Counted from the first letter of the stretch, positions 31,577 through 42,321 are shown. The stretch is 64,000 nt of DNA from an uncultured Verrucomicrobiae bacterium (GCA_963782115.1 CAWAIK010000001.1:96001-160000), one strand, 5' to 3'. Numbers and translations are program-made. The notes: generated by a model not told the origin, from the sequence alone.

Positions 31577-32983
31577 ATGACCCATCCTATCACCGTTGAA
31601 TCCGTTGCCTCCGCCGCGCGCGATGCGGCGATCCCGTCGCTGTATCAATTGCTCGGCGACCGCTTGTCGACCGCCGCTCCGGTGCGCGAACAACACGGCA
31701 AGGATGCCTCCTATCATCCCTGTGTATCGCCGGACGCCGTTGCGTTCGCGCAGTCGACGGGGGAGGTAAGCGAGATCGTCAAGATATGTGCGCGACACAA
31801 AGTGCCGATTATCCCTTTTGGCGTTGGCACCAGCTTGGAAGGCCATGTGGTGGCGTTGCGGGGCGGGGTGTGTATCGACACCTCGCGGATGAAACAGATC
31901 CTGCAGGTCAGCGCTGGCGACCTCGATGCAACTGTACAGGCCGGCGTGACCCACCAGCAACTCAATGAGCATCTGCGGGATACCGGCCTGTTCTTTTCGG
32001 TCGATCCGGGAGCCAATGCTACCCTCGGCGGAATGGCGGCCACGCGCGCCTCGGGCACCACCACGGTCCGCTACGGCACGATGCGGGAAAACGTCCTATC
32101 ACTTACTGTTGTCTTGCCGGATGGACGCGTTATCCGGACGGCACGCCGAGCGCGGAAATCATCGGCAGGCTATGATCTGACCCGTCTCTTCGTCGGTTCG
32201 GAGGGGACACTCGGGGTAATCACCGAGGTGACGGTCCGGCTTTACGGCATTCCGTCCGCGATTTCGGCGGCGACCTGCTCTTTCCCCAGCGTAGAGTCCG
32301 CGGTCAACGCAGTGATCCAAATCATTCAGGAGGGTATAGCGGTGGCGCGCATTGAACTGGCCGACGAAGCCACCATGGACTCAATCATTCGGTATTCGAA
32401 GCTCGATTTGCCCGTCGCGCCGATGCTTTGGATGGAGTTCCACGGCACGGAGAATGGTGTGGCGGAACAAGCTCAAATGGTCCAGAGAATCGCCGCTGAT
32501 CAGGATGGTACTCATTTCGCTTGGGCAACCAAACCGGAGCAACGCCACAAGCTATGGCAGGCGCGACACGACACGTATTACGCATGGAAAGCGTCGCGAC
32601 CGGGCGCGGAGCTCTGGGCGACCGATGTCTGCGTGCCGATTTCCCGGCTCGCCGAATGCATCACCGAGACGCAACAGGACATCGCGGCTTCCTTTCTGCC
32701 GGCAGGCATCGTCGGGCACGCGGGAGACGGCAATTTTCACGTCGGCTTCATGCTCAACCCAAAAGAACCGAAGGAGATGGCGGAAGCCGAACGACTCAAT
32801 CAACGGCTCGTATATCGCGCGTTGTCGCTTGACGGAACCTGCACTGGCGAGCACGGCATCGGCTGCGGCAAGATCGACTTCCTGAGCGCCGAGCACGGCG
32901 AGGCGATGAGCGTGATGCGCGCCATCAAGACGGCGATCGACCCTGACAATATTATGAACCCCGGTAAGATTTTCCGCGACTGA
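31577..32983 (+). CDS. FAD-linked D-2-hydroxyacid (D-lactate) dehydrogenase, GlcD/Dld family
   Basis: PFGVGTSLEGH, DPGANATLGGM, KSSAGYDLT, GSEGTLG, GHAGDGNFH, TGEHGIG, MNPGKI. Confidence 0.92.
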   Translation: MTHPITVESVASAARDAAIPSLYQLLGDRLSTAAPVREQHGKDASYHPCVSPDAVAFAQSTGEVSEIVKICARHKVPIIPFGVGTSLEGHVVALRGGVCIDTSRMKQILQVSAGDLDATVQAGVTHQQLNEHLRDTGLFFSVDPGANATLGGMAATRASGTTTVRYGTMRENVLSLTVVLPDGRVIRTARRARKSSAGYDLTRLFVGSEGTLGVITEVTVRLYGIPSAISAATCSFPSVESAVNAVIQIIQEGIAVARIELADEATMDSIIRYSKLDLPVAPMLWMEFHGTENGVAEQAQMVQRIAADQDGTHFAWATKPEQRHKLWQARHDTYYAWKASRPGAELWATDVCVPISRLAECITETQQDIAASFLPAGIVGHAGDGNFHVGFMLNPKEPKEMAEAERLNQRLVYRALSLDGTCTGEHGIGCGKIDFLSAEHGEAMSVMRAIKTAIDPDNIMNPGKIFRD

Positions 32984-33183
32984 TCGACGGCTTTGGCGGT
33001 AATATACGCACTCCCATTTACCCCGTCTCAAGCTGCTTTTGCCTATCAACGCTCAGAGATCGAGAACGACGACGGTTAGGCGATTGCCGGCATGGCCTTA
33101 CCACCTTTTCCGAAGGAGGAGCGTATGCTATTTTCTCTAGCTTCCAACGCTCTTCCTCCATCGTTTCATTCAAAAAGGCATCT

Positions 33184-34470
33184 ATGTCATCCCTAACCCT
33201 CTCACAGTCCGGCCCGCCGGGTTCTTACCTGAGCAACGACCAGGTTTTCGAGATGATTCGCGAGGCTTGTCCGGCTTCGGAATTTCGCGGAAAAAAGGTG
33301 CTCCTGATCGTTCCTGACGGGACGCGAACATGTCCTTTGGGAATGCTCTTCAAAGGAATTTTCGACCAGATCGCCGCTCGCGCCGCCGTGCTCGACGTGA
33401 TGATCGCGCTCGGCACGCATCAACCAATGAATGAAGAGGCTATCTGCCATCGGCTGGAAATATCTGTCGAGGAGCGCCGCGCAAAATACGGGTCGGTACG
33501 GTTTTACAATCACGAGTGGGATAATTCGCTAGCCTTGAAACACATCGGCACCATTTCGGCAAAGGAGATCAAAGATCTCAGCGGCGGCCTCTTTGCGATG
33601 GATGTACCCGTCAACGTCAACCAAAGGGTCTTTGAATATGACCAGCTCATCATCGTCGGACCGGTTTTTCCGCACGAGGTCGTGGGGTTTTCCGGAGGTA
33701 ACAAATACCTGTTTCCAGGTGTCAGCGGACCGGAAGTGCTGAACTTCTTCCATTGGCTTGGGGCGGTAGTCACCAACCCCATGATCATCGGCAATAAATA
33801 CACGCCGGTGCGCAAAGTCGTGGATCGGGCAGCCTCGATGGTTACGGTACCAAAACTAGCTTTCTGCATGGTGGTCGACCATGCACAACTGGCGGGCCTC
33901 TTTGTCGGCTCACCGGAGAACGCTTGGGATCAGGCAAGCGACTTGTCACGAACGCTCCACATTACTTATAAGGAGCGCCCATTCCCCACCGTGCTGTCGT
34001 GCGCGCCGCCGATGTACGACGAACTTTGGGTCGGCGGCAAATGCATGTACAAACTCGAACCGGTGGTGGCCGATGGGGGCGAACTCATCATCTATGCGCC
34101 CCACATCCACGAGATCTCGGTCACCCACGGCGCCCTGATCCGGAGTATCGGTTACCATTGCCGGGATTACTTCCTGAAACAATGGGACAAGTACAAGGAC
34201 GTCGCCTGGGGTGTGTTGGCCCATTCCACGCACGTCCGCGGGATCGGCAGCTACGAGGATGGAATCGAGCGCTGCCGGGTCCAGGTGACCCTCGCGACCG
34301 GGATTCCCAAAGAGATTTGCGCGGAGATCAATCTTGGCTATCGCGATCCGGCAACAATCGACCCCAAAGAGTTTGCCGACCGCGAAGAGGAAGGCGTCCT
34401 GCTGGTTCCGAAAGCAGGCGAAATGTTGTATCACCTGCGCAACCGTCCCGGTTGGGCGCGCGAAATGTGA
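33184..34470 (+). CDS. LarA-family (lactate racemase domain) racemase/epimerase
   Basis: PDGTR, ALGTH, NHEW, PHEVVGFSGGNKYLFPG, FFHW. Confidence 0.88.
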   Translation: MSSLTLSQSGPPGSYLSNDQVFEMIREACPASEFRGKKVLLIVPDGTRTCPLGMLFKGIFDQIAARAAVLDVMIALGTHQPMNEEAICHRLEISVEERRAKYGSVRFYNHEWDNSLALKHIGTISAKEIKDLSGGLFAMDVPVNVNQRVFEYDQLIIVGPVFPHEVVGFSGGNKYLFPGVSGPEVLNFFHWLGAVVTNPMIIGNKYTPVRKVVDRAASMVTVPKLAFCMVVDHAQLAGLFVGSPENAWDQASDLSRTLHITYKERPFPTVLSCAPPMYDELWVGGKCMYKLEPVVADGGELIIYAPHIHEISVTHGALIRSIGYHCRDYFLKQWDKYKDVAWGVLAHSTHVRGIGSYEDGIERCRVQVTLATGIPKEICAEINLGYRDPATIDPKEFADREEEGVLLVPKAGEMLYHLRNRPGWAREM

Positions 34471-34640
34471 AGAGGACCCTCCAAGTCCAATGGGTACCTT
34501 GGGAAAACGGGCTCGAAAGTTTCCGGGCGGTGGCCGTGGTCGTAGCGGCTCTGTCGATCAGTATCGGCTGCGGGTTGAAACCTGGGGTGCGGTTTTTTGA
34601 TAGCACCTAGTCTAGTTCGAGTTCTCGTAGGGGCAAGTTC

Positions 34641-35765
34641 ATGAAGAAACATGACAACCGCGTGGACGATGCGACACGCTCAAAAGGCCCCGCGAACATG
34701 GAGCAGTTTCTTGCTCTTCACGAATTCGAGCCGGAAGCCCGCCAGCGGCTGCCGCATGCGGTGTACGAGTACGTGGCGGGTGGCGCCGGCCACGAGCACT
34801 CCATACGCGCCAACGAAGAAAGCTACCAAAGGATTTTTTTGCGGCCTCGCGTGCTTCGGTCCGTGGTGCCCGTGGATTTGGGGCAGGAACTCTTTGGCAG
34901 GTCTTTACCTGCGCCCTTCCTTCTTGCGCCAGCCGCCTACCAACGGCTTATGCACCCGGAAGGCGAACTTGGCTCCGTCCGGGGCGCATTGCGCCACGGC
35001 GTCCCTTTTGTCCTCAGCTCCAACGGGACGGTGTCGATCGAGGAGATCACGGCGGTGCCCGGGGCTCGGTGTTGGTTCCAGCTCTACGTTCAAGGCGGCC
35101 GCCGATTCACGCGCGACTCGATCGCGCGGGTCGAAGCCGCTGGCTGCGAAGCGGTGTGCGTGACGGTCGATACGCCCGTGCTCGGGTTACGCCCTCGCCA
35201 ACTGCGGGCTGGCTTTCGTATTCCGGCCGATGTTCCCCTGCCGCACGCGGCACGTGTGCGAGCCGCGTCGGACCCCGGTGCCCACAGCGCGGTGACGTGG
35301 CGCGACGTCGACTGGTTGCGTTCGGTGGTGAAAAGCAAGCTGTTGCTCAAAGGCATCCTGCACCCAGCCGACGCGGAATTGGCGATTAAGGCGGGGGTTG
35401 ACGGAATCATGGTTTCGAATCACGGCGGACGTAACCTCGACACGATTATTCCCCCCATCGAGGCTTTGCCCGACATCGCCCAACAGGTAGCCGGGCGGGT
35501 TCCGGTGTTGGTGGATGGCGGCATCCGGCGCGGCACCGACGCGCTGAAAGCCCTGATCCGCGGCGCAAACGCGGTCCTGATTGGGCGACCGTACTTGTAC
35601 GCTTTGGTTGTCGGCGGAACGGATGGGGTGGCGCGGTGCCTTTCGCTGATAATCGAGGAGTTGCGTCTCGCTTTGGCTCTGGTCGGAGCGGCTTCCCTGC
35701 GCGAGCTCAACCGCGACCTGGAGTGGCCGGCTCCCGCCAACATTGGGCCGCCCAGATCAACCTGA
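34641..35765 (+). CDS. FMN-dependent L-alpha-hydroxyacid oxidase/dehydrogenase
   Basis: [36 protein letters not shown]. Confidence 0.93.
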   Translation: MKKHDNRVDDATRSKGPANMEQFLALHEFEPEARQRLPHAVYEYVAGGAGHEHSIRANEESYQRIFLRPRVLRSVVPVDLGQELFGRSLPAPFLLAPAAYQRLMHPEGELGSVRGALRHGVPFVLSSNGTVSIEEITAVPGARCWFQLYVQGGRRFTRDSIARVEAAGCEAVCVTVDTPVLGLRPRQLRAGFRIPADVPLPHAARVRAASDPGAHSAVTWRDVDWLRSVVKSKLLLKGILHPADAELAIKAGVDGIMVSNHGGRNLDTIIPPIEALPDIAQQVAGRVPVLVDGGIRRGTDALKALIRGANAVLIGRPYLYALVVGGTDGVARCLSLIIEELRLALALVGAASLRELNRDLEWPAPANIGPPRST

Positions 35766-35803
35766 AGCAGTTGACAAGCAGTTGCCAGTTGTCAGTGTCA
35801 GTG

Positions 35804-36900
35804 TCAGTGTCAGTGGCGAGAATAATTAGCTCGAGGTCAGTGTCACCTTTTGATGCGTGATCGAGAAGTTTCCGGTTGCTGGCCCTCGATTTCAATTTCT
35901 CTCTCGATGAGCTCACCCATCAAAATGCAGACCTCCATCGACCCTTCCTTTTCCCACTGACACTGACAACTGAGAACTGACAACTGGCCCGACCCTTCCT
36001 CTTCCCACTGACACCGATAGCTGGCCCGACTCTTCCTCCCCACTGGCACTGACAACCGACCACTGATAACTTCCTCCCCCACTGACAACTTCTTTATTGG
36101 CTGCAAAAGGCTGTCTGTGCCCGCTTGCTTATTTCTTCCGGTGTCAGGTCCTCCTTATGCGTTGCCAAGGACCAATGATGTCCGAATGGGTCCACCAGCC
36201 TTCCGTAGCGATCGCCCCAAAACATGTCCGCCACGGGCATAGTCTGTTCGGCACCCGCTGCCAAAGCGGCGTTGAAAGTGGAGTCGACGTCCTCCACGAA
36301 CAGATGAATCGTGACGGGACTTTTACCGCCGATTTCCGGTCCCTGGCAGCCCATCTCTGGAAATTCATCCACCAGAAAGAGAATGGAGTCCCCGATTTTG
36401 AGTGCCGCATGCATGATCGATTTGCCATCCGGCCCAGGCAGGCGATTAAGTTCTTCCGCCCCAAAAGCCTTCTTATAAAACTCAATGGCTTGACTGGCTC
36501 CTTTCACCACCAGGTGAGGAGTGATGGTGTGATAGCCTTCAGGAACTGGCTTGATTTGATGTGTCATATTCGTGGTCTTTTCTTTCTTCAAATGCTGTTG
36601 CTTGAAATGGCCGCTCCGGCAAACATATTTTCCGTGTCTAAATTTCGTTGAATATTACCGGATTCAATTATCCGACGAACCAGCCGCACCATTCAGGACA
36701 TTGAGCGGAAGCTTTTTTTTCAGTTCTCAGTTGTCGCTTCTCAGTTCTCAGTGTCAGTGGCGAGAATAATTAGCTCGAGATCAGTGTCACCTTTGATGCG
36801 TGGTTTGCCGACCGCCCTCGATTTCATTTCTCTCCCTCTGAATCAGCTCTCCTCTCAAAATGCACACTTCCATCGACTCTCCCACTGACACTGACAACTG
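35804..36900. repeat. Two 150-170-bp direct repeats of a family D palindromic unit flanking the VOC gene
   Basis: CAGTGTCAGTGGCGAGAATAATTAGCTCGAG...CCCACTGACACTGACAACTG at about 35804-35972 and 36748-36900. Confidence 0.8.
36094..36567 (-). CDS. VOC/PhnB-family (glyoxalase-like) protein
   Basis: PVPEGYHTITPHL, AIEFYKKAFGA, DMFWGDRYGRLVDPFGHHW. Confidence 0.92.
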   Translation of the reverse strand: MTHQIKPVPEGYHTITPHLVVKGASQAIEFYKKAFGAEELNRLPGPDGKSIMHAALKIGDSILFLVDEFPEMGCQGPEIGGKSPVTIHLFVEDVDSTFNAALAAGAEQTMPVADMFWGDRYGRLVDPFGHHWSLATHKEDLTPEEISKRAQTAFCSQ

Positions 36901-37415
36901 CTCAATCGAAGAAGCCATGGCAACGGCCACCGGGCCTGTCTGGTTCCAGCTCTACGTGTTGAAAGATCGGGGATTCTCAGCCTCGCTCGTCAAGCGCGCC
37001 GAAGCCGCCGGTTGCCAGGCCATCGTGTTGACGGTCGACGCGCCAGTGCTGGGCAAGCGCGAACGCGACTTACGAAACCGCTTTACCTTGCCGGAGCATG
37101 GGCAGCTCCGAGCTGTCCCCCTACATCGCCTCGCTATTTGATGCGGCGTTGACCTGGAAAGACGTCGAGTGGCTGGCTGGGGTAACGAAACTGCCAATCC
37201 TGGTGAAAGGTATTTTGCGTTTGGATGACGCCCGGCGTGCCACCAAACTCGGCGCCTCCGGCATTATCGTGTCCACGGCGCCCGGCAGTTGGACACGACT
37301 CCGGCGACTATTGCGGTCTTACCCGGGATCGTCGATGCGGTGGACGGTGCCGTTGAAGTCTACGTGGACGGAGGTATCCGACGTGGGACTGACGTGCTCA
37401 AAGCAATGGCTTACT
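36899..37415 (+). pseudogene. Second alpha-hydroxyacid oxidase, 5'- and 3'-truncated, frameshifted
   Basis: WFQLY...LTVDAPVLGKRERD, then LTWKDVEWL...KGIL, then [13 protein letters not shown], in three frames. Begins at a family D repeat. Confidence 0.85.
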
Positions 37416-37515
37416 CTGACCCTCGCTAATAAAAGCGGTTTGCGACGGGTGCTTCTGCGTTCTCACCGATGGTGATTGGCAAATTCATTTATTTGCGGGA
37501 TAACATCGCCTCACG

Positions 37516-39198
37516 ATGAACGAATCACAGGAGCCGTCCCTTGCAATGAATGAGCGTTCGTTGGCTTTGGCAGAAGGATTTTCCAGCAGCAATGAGGATA
37601 GGCTGTATCTTGCACTTAGCTCGGCAGGCATGGGTACCTGGGATTGGCATCCGTTCGCATTCTCCATGCATTGGGACGAACGGATGCACGCGCTCTTTGG
37701 GCTTGCGCCCTCAACCTTCGGCGGGCGCTATGAACAGTTCCTTGAGATGATTCATCCTGAGGACCGACAGCAAGTAGCCGAGGAATTTGCCCAGGCACTT
37801 GAAAGGCGTTCGGAATATGACGGAGCATTCCGCGTGTTCTGGCCCATGGATCAGAGTATTCACACACTCAGGACGAGATCAAAAGTGTCTTGTAATCAGC
37901 AGGGAAAGCCGATGCGCGTGACTGGCATCTCATGGGACGTGACGGAGCGCTCCGAAATGGAGAATGCTCTCGTACGAGAGCGCTTTTTCCTGAAGACACT
38001 GATGGATAATCTGCCCGATAGCATCTACTTCAAGGACGGGGAGAGCCGCTTTCTTGCGGTAAGTCGCGCGATGGTAGATCGATCCGGCCTCAAAGATCCG
38101 GGAGCCCTGCTCGGCAAGACCGATGCCGATCTGTTCGCTCCCGAACATGCCGAGGCCGCGCTCCACGATGAACAGGAGATTCTAAGCACCGGACAGCCTC
38201 TGGTGAATCTGGAGGAAAAGGAGACCTGGTCTGATGGGCGTGAGACCTGGGTTTCCACGACAAAGTTGCCGCTGCGAGATCCGAGCGGACAGATCATCGG
38301 GACCTTTGGCCTCTCGCGGGACATTACGGAAAAAAAGCGAGTCGAGGAAGAACTGGCCACGATGGCGAGAGAATTGCGCGCCAAGAACGAAGCCCTTGAG
38401 CAGGATCTGGAAATGGCCCGGGAACTTCAGCAGGCGATGCTGCCGCACCGCTATCCCTGCTTTCCGCATCGTGAATCCAAAGAAGAGAGTGCGGTGAACT
38501 TTTACCACTTTTATCTGCCCTCCATGAGCGTCAGCGGCGACTTTTTCGAAGTCCTGAAACTCTCCGATACCAATGTAGGGGTCTTCATCTGCGACGTGAT
38601 GGGACACGGGGTACGTGCGGCTCTTGTGGCCTCCACCGTTAGTGCTTTGGTGGGTCAACTGCGAGATTATTGGGGAGATCCGGGGGAGTTGCTTTGCCGG
38701 CTCAATCGGGCACTGCGCTCAACACTGGAGTATAGTGAGGTCCCGCTCTTTGCTTCGGCCTTTTACCTGCTGGCGGATTTGGAGAAAGGCGAATTGAACT
38801 ATGCGAATGCGGGACATCCCAATCCTTTGCTCGTTCATTGCGGAAGAGATCGCGCCGACACCTACCCTCTGAACGGCAGCAAGCACGGGCCGGCACTCGG
38901 GCTTTTCGAAGACCCGCTTTATCCCAACTGCCGTTGTAAACTCTCGTCGAACGACACGGTGCTTCTCTTTACCGATGGATTATTTGAAGTCGAGGGACCT
39001 GGCGGAGACATCTATGACTATCGGCGTTTGCTGGAGGCTGTGAACATGCGCCGTGAATTGCCCGCCTTTCAATTATGTAATGAAGTCATTGAAGAAGTCC
39101 AGCGGTTCTCGGCAGGCAGACATTTTAACGATGATGTGTGCCTCGTTGCAATGGAATATAATCGGCTGCGGTTCAACCCAAAAGACGCTTCGACGTAG
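37516..39198 (+). CDS. PAS-PAS-PP2C (SpoIIE/RsbU-type) serine phosphatase
   Basis: GMGTWDW and IYFKD PAS motifs, VSGDFF, DVMGHG, NAGHP, FTDGL, DDVC. Confidence 0.93.
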   Translation: MNESQEPSLAMNERSLALAEGFSSSNEDRLYLALSSAGMGTWDWHPFAFSMHWDERMHALFGLAPSTFGGRYEQFLEMIHPEDRQQVAEEFAQALERRSEYDGAFRVFWPMDQSIHTLRTRSKVSCNQQGKPMRVTGISWDVTERSEMENALVRERFFLKTLMDNLPDSIYFKDGESRFLAVSRAMVDRSGLKDPGALLGKTDADLFAPEHAEAALHDEQEILSTGQPLVNLEEKETWSDGRETWVSTTKLPLRDPSGQIIGTFGLSRDITEKKRVEEELATMARELRAKNEALEQDLEMARELQQAMLPHRYPCFPHRESKEESAVNFYHFYLPSMSVSGDFFEVLKLSDTNVGVFICDVMGHGVRAALVASTVSALVGQLRDYWGDPGELLCRLNRALRSTLEYSEVPLFASAFYLLADLEKGELNYANAGHPNPLLVHCGRDRADTYPLNGSKHGPALGLFEDPLYPNCRCKLSSNDTVLLFTDGLFEVEGPGGDIYDYRRLLEAVNMRRELPAFQLCNEVIEEVQRFSAGRHFNDDVCLVAMEYNRLRFNPKDAST

Positions 39199-39207
39199 TC
39201 CCAGACC

Positions 39208-39290
39208 TAGTGTAAAAACAGCCAACTGACCTGCGGCGACATCACCATTATATGCAAGACGGTGCACTAATACTAGTGTGGCGTCTCGCC
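39208..39290. mobile_element. Collapsed IS630-family ends
   Basis: TAGTGT...ATTATATGCAAGACGGTGCACTA followed by a left-end-like TAGTGTGGCGTCTCGC. Confidence 0.5.
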
Positions 39291-39547
39291 CAGCCGATCC
39301 GCAAAGTGCATGACTTGGGCTGGAAGCCGTTGTTCTCCCTGTCCTATACGTCGCCTCCATCGGAGCAGTGATAGAACCGGCGGTTCCGACGCTGCTGCCG
39401 AGCATCAAGGCCGAAGGCATCGAGGACGATAACGATTTGGGTGGATTGGAAGAAGGGGCAAGAATTTAAGAATCAACCAAGTGCCTTTGCTCGCTTCCGA
39501 AGGCCAGCGAAGGATCTGAGCTGGACTGACAGAACAAAAGTGATCGC

Positions 39548-40465
39548 ATGAACAGAAGGCGTCTATTGCAGCTCGCTGCAGCAGTGATCCCATTCCTGCC
39601 AAGCATTTGGTCGTGGGTGCTCGGCCCGTTACGAGCTGGATCGGCAGCCCGTTCCATGTCCCGTGTCCGTCCGGCTGACCCGGAGTGGCCCTCCGAAGCG
39701 AGTTGGAACCGGCTCAACCAGGAAGTTGGGGGTCGAATTCTACAACGAGTCGCTGCTCAATCCCGACTGGGGTCAGCAGATTGCCCTCCGGCCGGGTAAC
39801 GCTCTCGAGATCGCCATGGCGTTTCAAGGGCTCAACCGGCAGCAGGCGGAGACGATCTGGAGACCCTTCCTCGAGTGGCTAGCGAGTTCTTCCCAAGATT
39901 TCAGCATCGTGTCAGAGCCGAAGGTCCTGGATGGGCCGGCTCGGCACTTTTGGGACCCGCGATCTCTCAAGAAAGTCCCCGGATTGGTCCTTACCGATGA
40001 CCGCCCAGGCGCCCCGGAAGCCAATGTGTTCTGGGCGAGCAATCTGGGAGAGGCGGGAATGGTCCTGCACGGCTATCAATCCGCATGGATCCCTGTCTCG
40101 CTCCTCCAGGCGGACCAACAAGGAAAACTCGCCGATTCCCTATGCGCTGCGGCTCGGCATTGGGAGGTGCTTCTGCATTTCAATAAGGGCCTTGCGGGCG
40201 CCGCTCCCGAAGCGATCGATGCAGCCAAAAATACGGCGATAAATCCGGCTGTTCTGGACGCTTTCGCGCTGCTTATCTGCGCGGCCTTGGAGCCGCCAGC
40301 CTATCCCGGCATTCCTGGTCACGAGCCAGACCTCGCGGCCGCTCGCGAGAATGTAGAAATGATTAAGAAGTGCAATGAACGAGATCAGGAAGGTGCTGCC
40401 GAGCGTCGGCTCCTATGTGGCGGAGAGCGATTTCTTTGACAACGGGTGGCGGGAGTCGTTTGGGG
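39548..40465 (+). pseudogene. Tat-exported FAD-binding oxidoreductase (BBE-like); FAD domain deleted, frameshifted and truncated
   Basis: MNRRRLL Tat signal, RVRPADPEWPSEASW...VGGR, then a jump to the C-terminal half (LHFNKGLAGA) and GSYVAESDFF in another frame. Confidence 0.75.
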
Positions 40466-40564
40466 AACCAACCCCATTCGCGTCAGCCACAAGGCTAACA
40501 TTAAGCCCGTCGGACCTGCACCAACGATCGGAACGTCAGTTTGGGGATTCGAAGGTGCATTCAT
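40466..40564 (-). pseudogene. N-terminal fragment of an FAD-dependent monooxygenase
   Basis: TDVPIVGAGPTGLMLALWLTRMG abuts the truncated oxidoreductase. Confidence 0.7.
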
Positions 40565-40694
40565 CGTCGGAAATCCCTTTTCAAACCGGCTGAGAGCTTT
40601 TTGAAAAGAGCGCCGAAACAATCCGTCAGTTGTTCTCAAGCACCAAGCCGGATATTCCCAACTCCTTCTTTCTAAGGTTGACCTTCTGGTACAC

Positions 40695-41360
40695 CTACTG
40701 AGCCTGCCGATCCGCGCTTGTCCGGTCGGATACCCGATGCAGGCAGAGCGCGGCGAGCGACGCGAGCAGGGGCAGAAAGGGGATCGCATCGATCGCGCGC
40801 CAGGTGAGAAAGCCGCCGGTGACGGCGCCGGCGACATAGGCTAGGAACATAAAGATCTGCCGCTTGGCGGCCAAGCTCAAGCGATGCGGCGAGCCGAGGA
40901 CGGCGCCGGTCAAGGCAATCACGATCGCGGTAAGGGTACTGGTGAATACGATGGTGGTGACGCCGGGCCGGCCGTCCTGACGCGCCGCGACGCTCTGGAT
41001 TCCCATACCGGCAGCCCCGAGGATGATGAGGATATAGAGAGGCAGGCTCGCGACGGGTTTCTCGGCGAACCGCCAAGCCAGCAGAAAGCCGGTGAGGAGG
41101 CAGGCTTCGACAGCGAGCAGCCAGGCGACGGCGCGGTGCGCCGGCAGCTTGGCGAGGCGGAGATGAAGCAGGGCCGCAGCCAGCGCGGCACCCAACACGA
41201 AGCCGGTGCCGGCGGCCAAGGGCGGTGCGGCGGCGGCCGGATGCCCCTGGCCCAGCGCCAGGCCGAAAAGGGCGGTATTGCCCGTCATCGCTGAGGGCAA
41301 CGCCCCGCCGAGGGCGAAGAAGCCGAGCGCATCCATATTGCCGGCGCCGATGGCGAGCAT
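40695..41360 (-). CDS. YoaK/DUF1275-family membrane protein
   Basis: AGNMDALGF, MTGNT, MGIQS, VTTIVFTSTLT. Confidence 0.85.
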   Translation of the reverse strand: MLAIGAGNMDALGFFALGGALPSAMTGNTALFGLALGQGHPAAAAPPLAAGTGFVLGAALAAALLHLRLAKLPAHRAVAWLLAVEACLLTGFLLAWRFAEKPVASLPLYILIILGAAGMGIQSVAARQDGRPGVTTIVFTSTLTAIVIALTGAVLGSPHRLSLAAKRQIFMFLAYVAGAVTGGFLTWRAIDAIPFLPLLASLAALCLHRVSDRTSADRQAQ

Positions 41361-41548
41361 GGCCAGCCCGCGGTCCGGCCCATCCAGGCGTTCGGTCGGG
41401 CCAGCTTCTGATGTTTCAAACTGTTGGCCTGTTTTGATAAACTCGAAAAGTTTTGCGCAAATGTCGAAGTGCGTTGTTGTTGCACGTCATCACCATGAAG
41501 CCGGGAAAATTCTCCGGCGGCAGCAAACATGAAACCATAACCGACAGC

Positions 41549-41686
41549 ATGACATACGCATTACTCGTCCAGCAATCACAGGAACATTTCGACAAAGGCG
41601 ATAAAGCAGCCGGGAGGGCCTACGATGAGGCCCTGCAAACTGCCGGCGTCTTTGTCGGCGGCGTCGACGTCTTTGGCAGCGAACCA
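41549..41686 (+). pseudogene. Probable YciI-family N-terminal fragment
   Basis: MTYALLV...AYDEALQTAGVFVGG, cut at a family C repeat. Confidence 0.5.
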
Positions 41687-41754
41687 AAGATCGAGAACGA
41701 GCACGACCATGATAACGAGCACGATTGGGGAGCCGGCGCAGATGGGTGTAATGC

Positions 41755-42321
41755 TCAAGGACCTGGCGATCGCCGGCCGTGCTTTACAAGTTCACGTTTC
41801 GGATACCACGAAGTGAAGCGAGCAGCGCCCCAGATAGCCAGAACCGTCACAATAATGGCCACGAAAGTCGGGAGGCTCGGTACATAGAGCATCATCAGGT
41901 CCGCGGCGACCATCAAGGCGAAGGCTGCGGCCCATACCGCGGTGATGAGGTAGTTGGTGCGGACGAACTCAGGCCGATTCCACAACTCACGTGATACCTG
42001 TTCACGTGCATATTGCAGCGTAAATGGCTGGCGAACTGCGATGGATACGAGCACTACTAACAACAGCCCAGCGTCCACGCACAGCCGCACCGCGGGGACG
42101 GACCATGCCGCATTCACAATGAGGGTATACGCTGCCAAACCGCCAAAGAGGAGGACCGTTCCGACCTCCAGTACTTTCATCGTTTTTTTCCCGCCTACCG
42201 CGTTACGAACCAGCAAGCCTCCTGAAGTAATTGTGGCGCCCACCAAACCCGCCGTAATGCCTAAAAGCCGCTCGACCACGACAAACACAAAGAAAGGCGC
42301 AAATGCTAGCAGAATTCCCAT
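41755..42321 (-). CDS. Hypothetical integral membrane protein
   Basis: Several TM helices, PFTLQYARE...NYLITAVW motif. Confidence 0.8.
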   Translation of the reverse strand: MGILLAFAPFFVFVVVERLLGITAGLVGATITSGGLLVRNAVGGKKTMKVLEVGTVLLFGGLAAYTLIVNAAWSVPAVRLCVDAGLLLVVLVSIAVRQPFTLQYAREQVSRELWNRPEFVRTNYLITAVWAAAFALMVAADLMMLYVPSLPTFVAIIVTVLAIWGAARFTSWYPKRELVKHGRRSPGP

